Source: Prevotella sp.
GTDB taxonomy: Bacteria; Bacteroidota; Bacteroidia; Bacteroidales; Bacteroidaceae
Direction of reading: 5' to 3'
NCBI GenBank assembly: GCA_024680755.1
Contig: JAILBT010000037.1
Coordinates: forward strand, 3,768 to 67,767
DNA length: 64,000 nt
Position numbers and translations under genes: made by a program. The number at the start of each line of letters is the position of its first letter. Position 1 is the first letter of the stretch. Of the stretch, positions 17,480-27,798 are shown one piece after another. The notes under the pieces are model-generated. The model did no database searches. It was not told the DNA's origin and saw only the letters and a list, made by a program, of their open reading frames with translations.

Positions 17480-19999
17480 ATGAAAAAAGTATTCAAGTAC
17501 ACATGGGCAGCCCTCGCACTCATTGCGCTGGCAGCCTGTTCAGACGACACCACTGAAAGCGTCAGCAATAATACGACGCCTACCGACCCTACACCCACGA
17601 CGGGGAAGGAGGTGATTGCGTTCTCGCCAGAAGGTAGCGGAACGACACGTGCCGTCGACGACCCCACAGGTTTCACTAGTAGTACCAAGGTGGTGATGCG
17701 AATCAAGGCGCAGAACGGTACGGAAACGGACTGGGACGATTATCGCTATACGCAGGCCATCATGACAGCTGCAGCACAAGTGAGCAGCGACGCCTGCAAT
17801 ACAGATTGGGGACTTACGGGAGCACACTCGCATCTGTCGTATTTAGAGATGCCTACCAACTATACCCGCTATTGGGACGATGCCTTCGGACGCAATTCGA
17901 AGCTTACCATCTATGCTTTGGCCATTCCTAACCTGTCGAATCCCACAACACTTAACAACAACATCCTTGACCACACCATTGACGGTACAAAAATCAAGAA
18001 GGTGGATGATACAACCAATCCAAACTGGTACACTATCAACTCGTCTGCTACGGAGAACACCAAAGTCATGTGGACTGTTCCTAAGGTTCAAGACGGTACA
18101 ACTTTCACTACTTACGACCTTGCCTATAGCAACAATATCCGTTCGGACGTTGGTACAACCGATGTCAAAATGAAAGGCCGCTACAAGCAGACCTATTCCT
18201 CAAGCACTTGGAGCAAGTCTATGGACTGGGGGCGTCTGGAATGGGAAGCACAAACGGGTAGCTCTACTGTTGGTAAGTTCGACCAGGGACATCTGGTGTT
18301 CCAGCATGCCCTTACTTATCTGGAAATCAACCTGACAGAGGGTGCAGGCTTCGACGATACTGCTAACACGGATTTTGTTTGGACCAGCAAGCCTTCTGGC
18401 TCTAAGCAGGCATTTAAGATGATAGGTTTCCCGATAACTGGCCAGCTCGACCTCACCAAGGCACTCAATGCAGAGGGTATGTGGACTCCCACAACGCCTA
18501 CAGCAGGTACCGACGATATCATCCAGCTGAAAGAGACCCGTTCGCAGGACAATGTAACCACCTTCAAGCTTGAAGGCTATGTTATTCCAGGAACCAACCT
18601 CGACGAGAACAACAGCAACCTGTTTGAATTTGAGATTGACAATGCCAAATACTATGTCACCGGCGAACAGATAGCAACGGCTATTTTAGCTCATACGAAT
18701 ACTAACACCGACGAGGCTACAAAGACTATGGCTGGCAAGCATTATGTCATTAACCTGACGGTAGGAAAGACGAAGGTTACGAATATCACTGCCGCCATCC
18801 TTCCTTGGGAAGATGTGAATACGGCACAGACTGATGCTGTCAATACCCACTTCTCTTTCATATTTGAGGATCGTGGCACACAGCTTAATGGCACTACGGG
18901 TAATGCCGACAAGTTCGACCTCTATCGTGCAGCTCGAGATGCAGGTAGCTTCATCGACAATATCACGACGGATGGTACACCAGCCACCACAACTACGTAT
19001 GATTACAACTGGGGAACTGGATATACGGAAGGGGCCGCCCCCAACAAAGCCACAAAAACTTACAACTCCACAACCAGCCGTTGGGAGGCTACCAACTGGT
19101 TCTGGAAGGACAACAAGACGTGGTATCATTTCCGTGCAGCAGGAAGAGGTGAGAGCACTTCGGGTGAAGTTACAGTTTCTAAAGATGCCACTAATGGCGA
19201 CTACTATACTATCCAAAATGGTCCAATAGACGGTAGTGGAACGTATAAGGATTGGGTATGGGGTGCTCCGTTCACAAAGAAGGACAATACATATAAGATA
19301 ACTTATACTTCCACAAATGGTTTCGACAACAACCAGCCTGAAACTACCACCAAGCAGATTGCACCCGCTATCGGAGCCACCACAGATGTCATTAACATGC
19401 TGCTGTTCCACATGACCAGCCAGATTACCGTGAACCTGACCACAACTTCTGGCGACGATAAGGTTGTGCTGCAGGATGGAGACACAAAGACTCAGGTGAA
19501 GATTGTGAGATTCCTGCCTACGGGTAAGGTGCGCATGGGTACTGGAAAAGTGGAGGCTGATGGCACCAGGGACACAGGAACTGGTGTGGCTATGACAGAT
19601 GCTGCAACTTCCCATACAGCGGCCACTGCTGGAGTCGCTGAGAAATTAGGGAACTTTACTTATGGTATGGTTCCTCAGCCGTTGACAGGATGGGGTGATG
19701 CTATCGGACTGGAAATCACCACACCCGATAACAATACATACTATGTGAGAGACCTGAGCACCATTACGGCAAAGGTGTCCGCTACGGATCCGTACAGCCT
19801 GAAAGAGACAAATCTGAAGAATCCGTACACCCTTGCAACTGGGTCGACAACAGATTATGTTATCAACGAGTGGTTCCCCCACTACAAGTATGTCTACAAC
19901 ATCACTCTGAAGAAGAAAGGCATCCTCGATATCACCGCTGCCATCCTGCCTTGGGAGGTTGTTGTGGGCAACAACATCGACATCGACCTGGAGAACTAA
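17480..19999 (+). CDS. Double-length fimbrillin-like lipoprotein 3
   Basis: LAAC, TTRA, YWDD, FQHALT; ITAAILPWE occurs both mid-protein and at the C-terminus. Confidence 0.8.
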   Translation: MKKVFKYTWAALALIALAACSDDTTESVSNNTTPTDPTPTTGKEVIAFSPEGSGTTRAVDDPTGFTSSTKVVMRIKAQNGTETDWDDYRYTQAIMTAAAQVSSDACNTDWGLTGAHSHLSYLEMPTNYTRYWDDAFGRNSKLTIYALAIPNLSNPTTLNNNILDHTIDGTKIKKVDDTTNPNWYTINSSATENTKVMWTVPKVQDGTTFTTYDLAYSNNIRSDVGTTDVKMKGRYKQTYSSSTWSKSMDWGRLEWEAQTGSSTVGKFDQGHLVFQHALTYLEINLTEGAGFDDTANTDFVWTSKPSGSKQAFKMIGFPITGQLDLTKALNAEGMWTPTTPTAGTDDIIQLKETRSQDNVTTFKLEGYVIPGTNLDENNSNLFEFEIDNAKYYVTGEQIATAILAHTNTNTDEATKTMAGKHYVINLTVGKTKVTNITAAILPWEDVNTAQTDAVNTHFSFIFEDRGTQLNGTTGNADKFDLYRAARDAGSFIDNITTDGTPATTTTYDYNWGTGYTEGAAPNKATKTYNSTTSRWEATNWFWKDNKTWYHFRAAGRGESTSGEVTVSKDATNGDYYTIQNGPIDGSGTYKDWVWGAPFTKKDNTYKITYTSTNGFDNNQPETTTKQIAPAIGATTDVINMLLFHMTSQITVNLTTTSGDDKVVLQDGDTKTQVKIVRFLPTGKVRMGTGKVEADGTRDTGTGVAMTDAATSHTAATAGVAEKLGNFTYGMVPQPLTGWGDAIGLEITTPDNNTYYVRDLSTITAKVSATDPYSLKETNLKNPYTLATGSTTDYVINEWFPHYKYVYNITLKKKGILDITAAILPWEVVVGNNIDIDLEN

Positions 20000-20005
20000 A
20001 GGCAC

Positions 20006-20126
20006 CTGCTCGACGGGATTTGCAATCCCGTCGCAGTGAGTATCGGGATTTTCAATCCTCTCACGCTAAGAGCGCATTATAAATGCTGATATTCACTGCG
20101 GTCGGATTGCAAATCCGACCGAGCGG
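20006..20126. repeat. GATTTGCAATC-type REP doublet
   Basis: GCTCGACGGGATTTGCAATCCCGTCGC ... GCGGTCGGATTGCAAATCCGACCGAGC as an inverted pair. Confidence 0.8.
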
Positions 20127-20306
20127 CGAACTAAAGAAAGCTGATGTCTGAAGGCTGAAGGCTGAATGAACGTTAAAAAAGCAAAAAGAAAGGAACCGAA
20201 AAGCGATATTTATACAGAATTTATTAAATTTGTAGCGAGACCTTCCGCAAAGGCGGATACTCGCAAATAAATAGTAAATCGTAAATCCGTAAATAGTAAA
20301 TAACAT

Positions 20307-21911
20307 TTGGGTACATACATCAACAAAGGAAACTTCGCGTTCCAGGGCACAAGAAACAGCGAGTACGTTGACAAGTCGGAGCTGATAGCCATTGTCAACA
20401 AGACACTGCTGACACGCCAGCGTTACAGCTGTGTGTCGCGCAGCCGCCGTTTCGGCAAGTCGATGGCGGCTGAGATGCTGTGTGCCTACTACGACAAGTC
20501 GTGCGACTCGCGCCATCTGTTCCAAGACCTGAAGATAGCCAGCCATCCGTCGTTCGAACAGCACCTGAACAAGTATCCTGTCATCTATGTGGATATGACC
20601 AATTTCGTAACGGATGCGTGCGATGATATTGTTGATTGGCTTGATAATGCACTTGTCAGTGACATCATCAAGGCATATCCTCAGGTGCCAACGGAGGGAA
20701 CACGTAAACTGATGGATTACCTGATGCGCGTCAACGATGCTACCACAGACCAGTTCATCTTCATCATCGACGAGTGGGATGCCATCTGCCGTGAATACGC
20801 TTCTAAGCCGGAAGTGGTTGACCGTTATGTTGGTTGGCTGCGACGCATGTTCAAGAGTGTCGACGGCTTCAAGGTGTTTGCTGGGGTCTATCTCACAGGC
20901 ATACTACCGATAAAAAAATACAGCACACAGTCGGCCATGAACCGCTCGGCCCAAAGGGACGCTTGCCTAAGCAAGAACTTCCAGGAATACTCTATGGTGG
21001 AACCCAGAAGCATGGCTCCCTACTTCGGATTCACCAAGGACGAAGTGAAGTCGTTAGCCGAAAAGCATGGCATGGACTTCAGCGAGTTGGAGAAATGGTA
21101 CGACGGCTATCAGATAGGCGATGACCAGCATATCTTCAATCCTAACTCGGTGATGCAGGCCATAGACACCCGTCGCTGTCGTAGCTTCTGGGCATCGACA
21201 GGGGCTTTCGACACTGCTGCCCACTATATCAGCATGAACTTCGAGGGACTGAAGGACGACATCGTGAAGATGCTGGCTGGCGGCCGCTGTTCTGTTGACC
21301 CAACGGGATTCCAGAATGACCTTTCGGTCATACACTTTAAAGACGACGTGCTGACCGTGCTCATCCATCTGGGATACCTCTCTTACGACTGGAAAGCCAA
21401 CGAGTGTTATATACCCAACCACGAAGTGGCAGGCGAAATGGTCAATGCTGTCAGGAAAAACAACTGGACACAAGTGTATCATGCCATCGAGAAATCGGCA
21501 AATCTCCTCGAAGCCACCCTCCGTGGCGACGAAGAGGCTGTGGCCCGCGGCATAGACGCGGCGCACGACGAAAACACAAGCATACTATCGTACAACGATG
21601 AAAACTCCATGGCCTGCGTTTTGGCAATAGCTTACTATGCGGCTCGCGACAAGTACATCGTACACCGCGAGTATGCGTCGGGCAAAGGCTTTGCCGACTT
21701 GGTGCTGATACCTCGTAAGCATGTCGATTCGCCCGCCGTCATCGTGGAACTGAAGTATAACAAGGATGCCGACACCGCCATCAGCCAGATACTACACAAG
21801 CAGTATCCTGCAAAAGTGGCTGAGTATGCCGACAATCTGCTCTTGGTAGGCATCAGCTACGACAAGGAGAGCAAACGGCACGAATGTAAAATTGAAAAGG
21901 TGAAAAATTGA
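20307..21911 (+). CDS. AAA-ATPase-like + PD-(D/E)XK protein, subfamily a, copy 2 (TTG start)
   Basis: Collinear paralog of 15845-17455; SRSRRFGKS, IIDEWD, GFADL...IVELK. Confidence 0.88.
   Translation: MGTYINKGNFAFQGTRNSEYVDKSELIAIVNKTLLTRQRYSCVSRSRRFGKSMAAEMLCAYYDKSCDSRHLFQDLKIASHPSFEQHLNKYPVIYVDMTNFVTDACDDIVDWLDNALVSDIIKAYPQVPTEGTRKLMDYLMRVNDATTDQFIFIIDEWDAICREYASKPEVVDRYVGWLRRMFKSVDGFKVFAGVYLTGILPIKKYSTQSAMNRSAQRDACLSKNFQEYSMVEPRSMAPYFGFTKDEVKSLAEKHGMDFSELEKWYDGYQIGDDQHIFNPNSVMQAIDTRRCRSFWASTGAFDTAAHYISMNFEGLKDDIVKMLAGGRCSVDPTGFQNDLSVIHFKDDVLTVLIHLGYLSYDWKANECYIPNHEVAGEMVNAVRKNNWTQVYHAIEKSANLLEATLRGDEEAVARGIDAAHDENTSILSYNDENSMACVLAIAYYAARDKYIVHREYASGKGFADLVLIPRKHVDSPAVIVELKYNKDADTAISQILHKQYPAKVAEYADNLLLVGISYDKESKRHECKIEKVKN
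20943..20975 (+). mobile_element. 33-nt mini element, in frame, copy 3
   Basis: Identical to 16484-16516 and at the homologous position. Confidence 0.75.
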
Positions 21912-21992
21912 AAAATAAATAGGACTCGCTTCAGCGCTTTTATAAAGCGTAGCGACTAAAAGAAATCGTAAATCCGTAAATAGTAAATAGCC

Positions 21993-23588
21993 ATGCGTTA
22001 TCCGATAGGCATACAGAGCTTCGAGAAAATCCGCAAGGGTGGATTTGTCTATGTGGACAAGACCGACTTGGTGTACAAGCTGGCCCAGGGCAGCGTGTAC
22101 TTCCTCGCACGTCCGCGCCGATTCGGAAAGAGCCTGCTCATCGACACACTGCGCTGCTACTTTGAAGGACGGCGCGACTTGTTCGACGGGCTTAAGATGC
22201 CGGAGCTGGAGACAGAATGGCAGCAGTAGCCCGTGGTGAGTTTCGACTTCAACCCAGGTCACAAGCGAACAAACTCAGGGCTAAACGAATACATCCTTGG
22301 GGTCATAGCAAAAAATGAAAAGAAGTATAACATAAAGCCTTTCACTGAGGAAGGTACGAGAAAGCCTTCCCTCGATGCAAGCCTGCGCTTCAACCACCTC
22401 ATAGAAGAGCTGCACGGAAAGACAGGACAGCAGGTGGTGGTGCTCATCGACGAATACGACAAACCGCTACTCGACCTCTTAGGAACAGACAAACCTGCCG
22501 ACAATGAGCAACTCAAGGCCAACCGCGAGTTGCTGAGGAATTTCTTCTCAACGTTTAAGGCTACTGACCAGCACTTGCGCTTCGTTATGCTGACAGGGGT
22601 GACGAAATTCTCGCAAGTCACCATGTTCAGCGGATTTAATCAGCCTGACGACATCTCGCTCGACCAGGACTACGACACATTGCTCGGCATCACCGAGGAA
22701 GAACTGTACAGCACCTTTGCAGACGGCATCAGCGAACTGGCAGCAGCAGAAAACAAGACCGAGGAACAGACCAAGGAGCGTATGAAAATGCGATACGACG
22801 GCTACCACTTCAGCGAGAGGATGAAAGATGTCTATAACCCGTTCAGCATACTCAACGCACTAAAGAAGAAAAAACAACGTGACTACTGGTTCGACTCGGG
22901 CACACCTGAATATGTGGTCAGGCTGATGGCCAGTACTCATGAGAACGTGATGAAATACACCAACGAAGAGCATCAACTCGACGAATTCATGAAGTATAAG
23001 GCAGATACGGCGCGCCCCCTGCCCATGCTCTTTCAGGCAGGCTATCTCACCATCAAAGGCTATGACCCAGACTGGGACACCTACCGTCTCGACTTCCCCA
23101 ACCAGGAGGTGAAGCGAGGTTTTATCACCCTGTTAGCCAACGATTATCTTGAGCCAAAAGAGAATGCCGAAGGATGGGTAAAGAAAATGTTGAAAGCCAT
23201 GCAGACTGGCGACACCGAGCTGGTGCGCCGCCTCTTTACCAGTTTCTTAGCAGAGACACCCTACTCGATGCGCCCGAAGAAAGACCTGAAGGACCGCGAG
23301 CTGTACTTCCACTACACGTTCTACCTGCTGATGCGCCTCATATCCTGCTATACCGTATATACGGAGAAGCAGCTCTCGGAGGGCCGTGCCGACTGCATCG
23401 TGGAGACGCCAAAGTACATCTACATCTTCGAATTTAAGCTGGACGGTACGGCTGCCGAGGCCCTGCAGCAGATAGAGGACCGAGGCTACGCCAAAGCATA
23501 CGAGTCCGATGGGCGCATGATATATAAGATAGGTGCCTCCTTCTCGAGCAAGACAGGAACCGTAGAGGAATGGGAGGTTATACATTGA
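21993..23588 (+). pseudogene. AAA-ATPase-like + PD-(D/E)XK protein, subfamily b, copy 1; single in-frame TAG at 22227-22229
   Basis: ORFs 21993-22229 and 22233-23588 are in the same frame; the paralog at 26080 has CAG TAC CCC where this has CAG TAG CCC. Confidence 0.85.
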
Positions 23589-23631
23589 ACACTGAACATT
23601 GAACATTGAACAGATTGAAAATAAAAGCAAG

Positions 23632-26025
23632 ATGTTAAAAACGAACAATACGATATACCGGATACTACAGGCCGTGCCCCTGTTAGCCGCCTGCCTGCTG
23701 ACACTCTCAGCATGCAGCAAGGACAGCACACTGTCTGCCTCCGACTCCGACCAGCAGCAAGACAAGACTCCCATCGAACTGACGGTGGGAATTGCGGGGG
23801 AAGGCGGTGCTGAGACGCGCGGGGTGACGCGGACGGTAACAAATGCAACCCGATACGGCAAAACAGCAGCAGCATTCAAAGATAACACCAGTCTTTATAT
23901 GGTGATGAAGAGCGAAAAAACGACCACTCCAACAAGCACCAGATATACCCGGACGATGGGAACCGTGACGGGGCAGGCTACAGGTACGGAGAGTGCTGTC
24001 AACTTTACCGACGGCTATAAGCGCTACTACGAGGATGCCTGTACGGCCAGTGCCCGCGATGGCAAGCTTTCCATCTATGCCGCCTGTGTCCCTGGTCAGG
24101 CTAACGCTTTAAGCATCAATGGCTCTACAATCTATAATAGCAACATTTGGTCGGAAACTGTTGAGAACACCACTATTGCATGGCCACTCAGCGGTTCGGT
24201 AACCACTCAGGATGCAAACTTCATTGCCCAGCAGGATCTCTGCTTCAGCAACAATATCTCGAATCTTGAAAGTACAGAAAACCGCATTGCGTTTAACACC
24301 AAAACCAATAAGTTTACCACAGACCAAAGCGAAACGGGTAACAACCCAGAACGTGGTGGCAGGATGATATTCTATCACGCCCTGACAAAGGTGACCTTCA
24401 AAATTAGCAAGGGTAACGGCTTTGACGAGACTACTCCTTTTAAATTCCCTGATGCCAACAACGATAATATTGACGATACCAACATTATTCTTAATGGTTT
24501 TAATACCACAGGTACGTTTAATATAGTTGATGGCAAGTTTACTGCAGTACAAAGTACTACTTCGGTTAATAAATTTGCAGAAGAAGCAAAAAACACAGCT
24601 GCCACAAATGACGAACCCGGTTACGCCTACGTTCTAACAGCTTTGTTAGTGCCAGGCACCGATCTTTATGGGTCCGACAAGGAGTCTTTGGAAAATATCA
24701 GGTTTACCATTGACAACAACGAGTATCACCTGACCAAAGCTCAATTGTGTACAGCTTTGGCAAGTGCGAAACTAAGCGACGGATCAACACCAGCATTAGA
24801 AACCCCAACTAGTACAGAACAACAGCTGATGCGAGCAGGTGTTCACTACATTTTTAAAATGACTGTTGGAAAGACCAAGGTTGACCAACTGACTGCTGCT
24901 GTAGTGGACTGGGAGAAAGTCAGCGCGACGGTCAATCCCTCAAATGCGAGAGTAAATGTAAGCTTGTTAGATGCATCAGGAATGACCGGTAGTGAGAGAA
25001 TAACGGGCACTCCTGCAACATTTGACCTTTACAAATCTAAAGTGTCATCACCTGCTATTGCAGATAATTCTTTCGAGAACTACGTATGGGCAACGGGATA
25101 TACCAACGAGGGCAACAAAGCTGTGCTAACGTGGGTGCCCGATAATGACGCGACAGATGGCGACGACTCTCACTATACAACCAATTGGTTGTGGGACAAC
25201 AACACTGAATTCTTCCATTTCCGTGCTGTCTCGCCAAAAACAACAGAAGAATGGAAAATAACCACAACAGAATCGAAAGACTACATTTCTCTGACTTCAG
25301 GGACAAGCTACACTGATGTACAATGGGGCGCACCGTTCTTAGCAACAACTGGTAAACTGACATATTCAACAAACACCGGTTTCGACAACGAACAGAATCA
25401 TGGGCAGGCCAATGAGAGCCACCAGATTTACAAAGCCATTGGTGCCACCAATGATGTCATCAAACTGGTGATGTTCCACATGATGAGCGACGTGACTATC
25501 GAAATCAAAACTACAAGCGGAAGTGACGCTGTGACACTGAAGGACGAAACGAATCCTTCGAATCCTAAGTACACAACACTCTCGCTGACAAACATCCACC
25601 CAACAGGAACGGTGCAGATGGGTGACGGATTAGTGACACCCACAGGAACAGCTACCACAGTGAATAGCGGCAATATCGAAACTTATGATGATACTGAAAA
25701 GAAATACACGTGGCACTACGGCTTCGTTCCGCAGTCGCTAAAAGGAAGTAACGACAATGCTACTACAGACGATGTGATGCTGACCATCACGACTCCCGAC
25801 AACAACCAATACATTATCGATATGAAGAATATTGTAGCCAGCACCGTTGGCAACAATCTGATTGCCAATCCGTATGGTAACAGCAAAATCGTCAACCGCT
25901 GGTATCCGAACTACAAGTACACCTACACCTTCACGCTGAAAAAAACAGGAATTGCAAATATTACCGCCACCCTCGCCGACTGGGAAACGGTGACGGCAGG
26001 CGACGACAACGTACAGATAAAATAA
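23632..26025 (+). CDS. Double-length fimbrillin-like lipoprotein 4
   Basis: LSAC lipobox, TRGVTRT, FYHALT, LTAAVVDWE mid and ITATLADWE end. ATG 23632 preferred because TTG 23599 lies inside a heptamer repeat. Confidence 0.8.
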   Translation: MLKTNNTIYRILQAVPLLAACLLTLSACSKDSTLSASDSDQQQDKTPIELTVGIAGEGGAETRGVTRTVTNATRYGKTAAAFKDNTSLYMVMKSEKTTTPTSTRYTRTMGTVTGQATGTESAVNFTDGYKRYYEDACTASARDGKLSIYAACVPGQANALSINGSTIYNSNIWSETVENTTIAWPLSGSVTTQDANFIAQQDLCFSNNISNLESTENRIAFNTKTNKFTTDQSETGNNPERGGRMIFYHALTKVTFKISKGNGFDETTPFKFPDANNDNIDDTNIILNGFNTTGTFNIVDGKFTAVQSTTSVNKFAEEAKNTAATNDEPGYAYVLTALLVPGTDLYGSDKESLENIRFTIDNNEYHLTKAQLCTALASAKLSDGSTPALETPTSTEQQLMRAGVHYIFKMTVGKTKVDQLTAAVVDWEKVSATVNPSNARVNVSLLDASGMTGSERITGTPATFDLYKSKVSSPAIADNSFENYVWATGYTNEGNKAVLTWVPDNDATDGDDSHYTTNWLWDNNTEFFHFRAVSPKTTEEWKITTTESKDYISLTSGTSYTDVQWGAPFLATTGKLTYSTNTGFDNEQNHGQANESHQIYKAIGATNDVIKLVMFHMMSDVTIEIKTTSGSDAVTLKDETNPSNPKYTTLSLTNIHPTGTVQMGDGLVTPTGTATTVNSGNIETYDDTEKKYTWHYGFVPQSLKGSNDNATTDDVMLTITTPDNNQYIIDMKNIVASTVGNNLIANPYGNSKIVNRWYPNYKYTYTFTLKKTGIANITATLADWETVTAGDDNVQIK

Positions 26026-26079
26026 ATAGTGAAATAACACAATAGTAAATAAATCGTAAATCGTCAAATCGTAAATACA

Positions 26080-27702
26080 TTGCGTTATCCGATAGGCATA
26101 CAGAGCTTCGAGAAAATCCGCAAGGGTGGATTTGTCTATGTGGACAAGACCGACTTGGTGTACAAGCTGGCCCAGGGCAGCGTGTACTTCCTGGCCCGTC
26201 CGCGCCGATTCGGAAAGAGCCTGCTCATCGACACGCTGCGCTGCTACTTTGAAGGACGGCGCGACTTGTTCGATGGGCTGAAGATAGCGGAGCTGGAAAC
26301 GGAATGGTGGCAGTACCCCGTAATATACTTCGACTTCAACGTGGGTAACAAGCGGACTGCCACAGGGCTGAACGAATACATTCTGGGAGTGATATCCAAA
26401 TATGAGAACATGTATGGCATCGTTCCCTTCATAGAAGAAGGTACGGGTAAACCATCGCTCGATGCTACCCTGCGCTTCAACCACCTGCTTGAACAGCTGT
26501 ACGAAAAGACAGGCCGCCAGGTTGTAGTACTCATCGACGAATACGACAAAGCCCTGCTCGACCTTATAGAGACAGGAAACCCCGCAGACGAACAGCAGCT
26601 CAGCGACAACCGTGAACTGCTGAAAGGATTGTTTTCTGTATTCAAGGCTACCGACCGCTATCTGCGCTTCGTCATGCTGACAGGCATCACCAAATTCTCG
26701 CAGGTCTCGATGTTCAGCGGGTTCAACCAGCCCGACGACATAACGCTCTCCCCACGCTTTGACACGCTGCTTGGCATCACAGAGGAAGAACTGCACAGGG
26801 TGTTCGCCGAGCCCATCAGCGAAATGGCCGACGGGATGGGACTGACGGAGGACGAGGTGAAGGAACAACTGAAGCAACGCTACGACGGCTACCACTTTAG
26901 TAGCAGGCTGATTGATGTCTATAACCCCTTCAGCATTATCAACGTGATGGCCAATGAGGAGATGAGCGACTATTGGTTCAGCACCGGTACACCGTCGTAC
27001 ATGGAGCGACTGCTGTCAAAGTGTCAGGAAGAGGTGATGGCCTACACAGGACAATACTACGCCAGACAAACCTTCATCGACTACAAGGCCGACACGGAAA
27101 TGCCACTACCGATGATATTCCAGAGCGGCTACCTGACTATCAAGGATGTGAACCGCGAGTTTAACTCCTATCTGTTGGACTACCCCAACAACGAGGTGAA
27201 GCAGGGTATGGTAACACTGCTGGCCAACAACTACCTGCAGCCCAAACAGGACACCAAGGCATGGGTAAACGATATGGTACAAGCCATGCGCAAGGGCGAC
27301 ACCGAGCTGGTGCGCCGCCTCTTTACCAGTTTCCTGGCAGAGACACCCTACTCCATGCGTCCGAAGAAAGACCAGAAGGACCGCGAGCTGTACTTCCACT
27401 ATACGTTCTACCTGCTGATGCGCCTCATATCCTGCTATACCGTATATACGGAGAAGCAGCTCTCGGAGGGCCGTGCCGACTGCATCGTCGAGACGCCAAA
27501 GTACATCTACATCTTCGAATTTAAGCTCGACGGAACGGCTGCCGAGGCCCTGCAGCAGATAGAGGACCGAGGCTACGCCAAGGCCTACGAGGCTGACACG
27601 CGTGCGTTATATAAAATAGGTGCTTCGTTCTCCAGCAAAACGGACACCGTGGAGGAGTGGGAGTTGAGAGTGAAGAATGAAGAATTGAAAATAACCAAAT
27701 AA
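26080..27702 (+). CDS. AAA-ATPase-like + PD-(D/E)XK protein, subfamily b, copy 2 (TTG start)
   Basis: YPIGIQSF, YVDKT, ARPRRFGKS, LIDEYDK, YDGYHF, GRADC...IFEFK, ALQQI...GY. Confidence 0.9.
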   Translation: MRYPIGIQSFEKIRKGGFVYVDKTDLVYKLAQGSVYFLARPRRFGKSLLIDTLRCYFEGRRDLFDGLKIAELETEWWQYPVIYFDFNVGNKRTATGLNEYILGVISKYENMYGIVPFIEEGTGKPSLDATLRFNHLLEQLYEKTGRQVVVLIDEYDKALLDLIETGNPADEQQLSDNRELLKGLFSVFKATDRYLRFVMLTGITKFSQVSMFSGFNQPDDITLSPRFDTLLGITEEELHRVFAEPISEMADGMGLTEDEVKEQLKQRYDGYHFSSRLIDVYNPFSIINVMANEEMSDYWFSTGTPSYMERLLSKCQEEVMAYTGQYYARQTFIDYKADTEMPLPMIFQSGYLTIKDVNREFNSYLLDYPNNEVKQGMVTLLANNYLQPKQDTKAWVNDMVQAMRKGDTELVRRLFTSFLAETPYSMRPKKDQKDRELYFHYTFYLLMRLISCYTVYTEKQLSEGRADCIVETPKYIYIFEFKLDGTAAEALQQIEDRGYAKAYEADTRALYKIGASFSSKTDTVEEWELRVKNEELKITK

Positions 27703-27798
27703 TACAGAATAGTAAATAAATCGTATATAATAAATCGAAAATCGAAAATATAACAAGGAAACAAGAATCTTTGAACAAGTAAAAAAAGGAATAAGGAT

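Noticed and set aside
22227-22229. TAG recoding or programmed readthrough
   Set aside because: TAG is the normal stop of xth, gltX and others here; a single TAC>TAG substitution explains it.
21993-27702. Diversity-generating retroelement TR/VR pair
   Set aside because: Mismatches between the near-identical blocks are not adenine-specific (for example CTC/CTG, GAC/GAT), and no reverse transcriptase is in the window.
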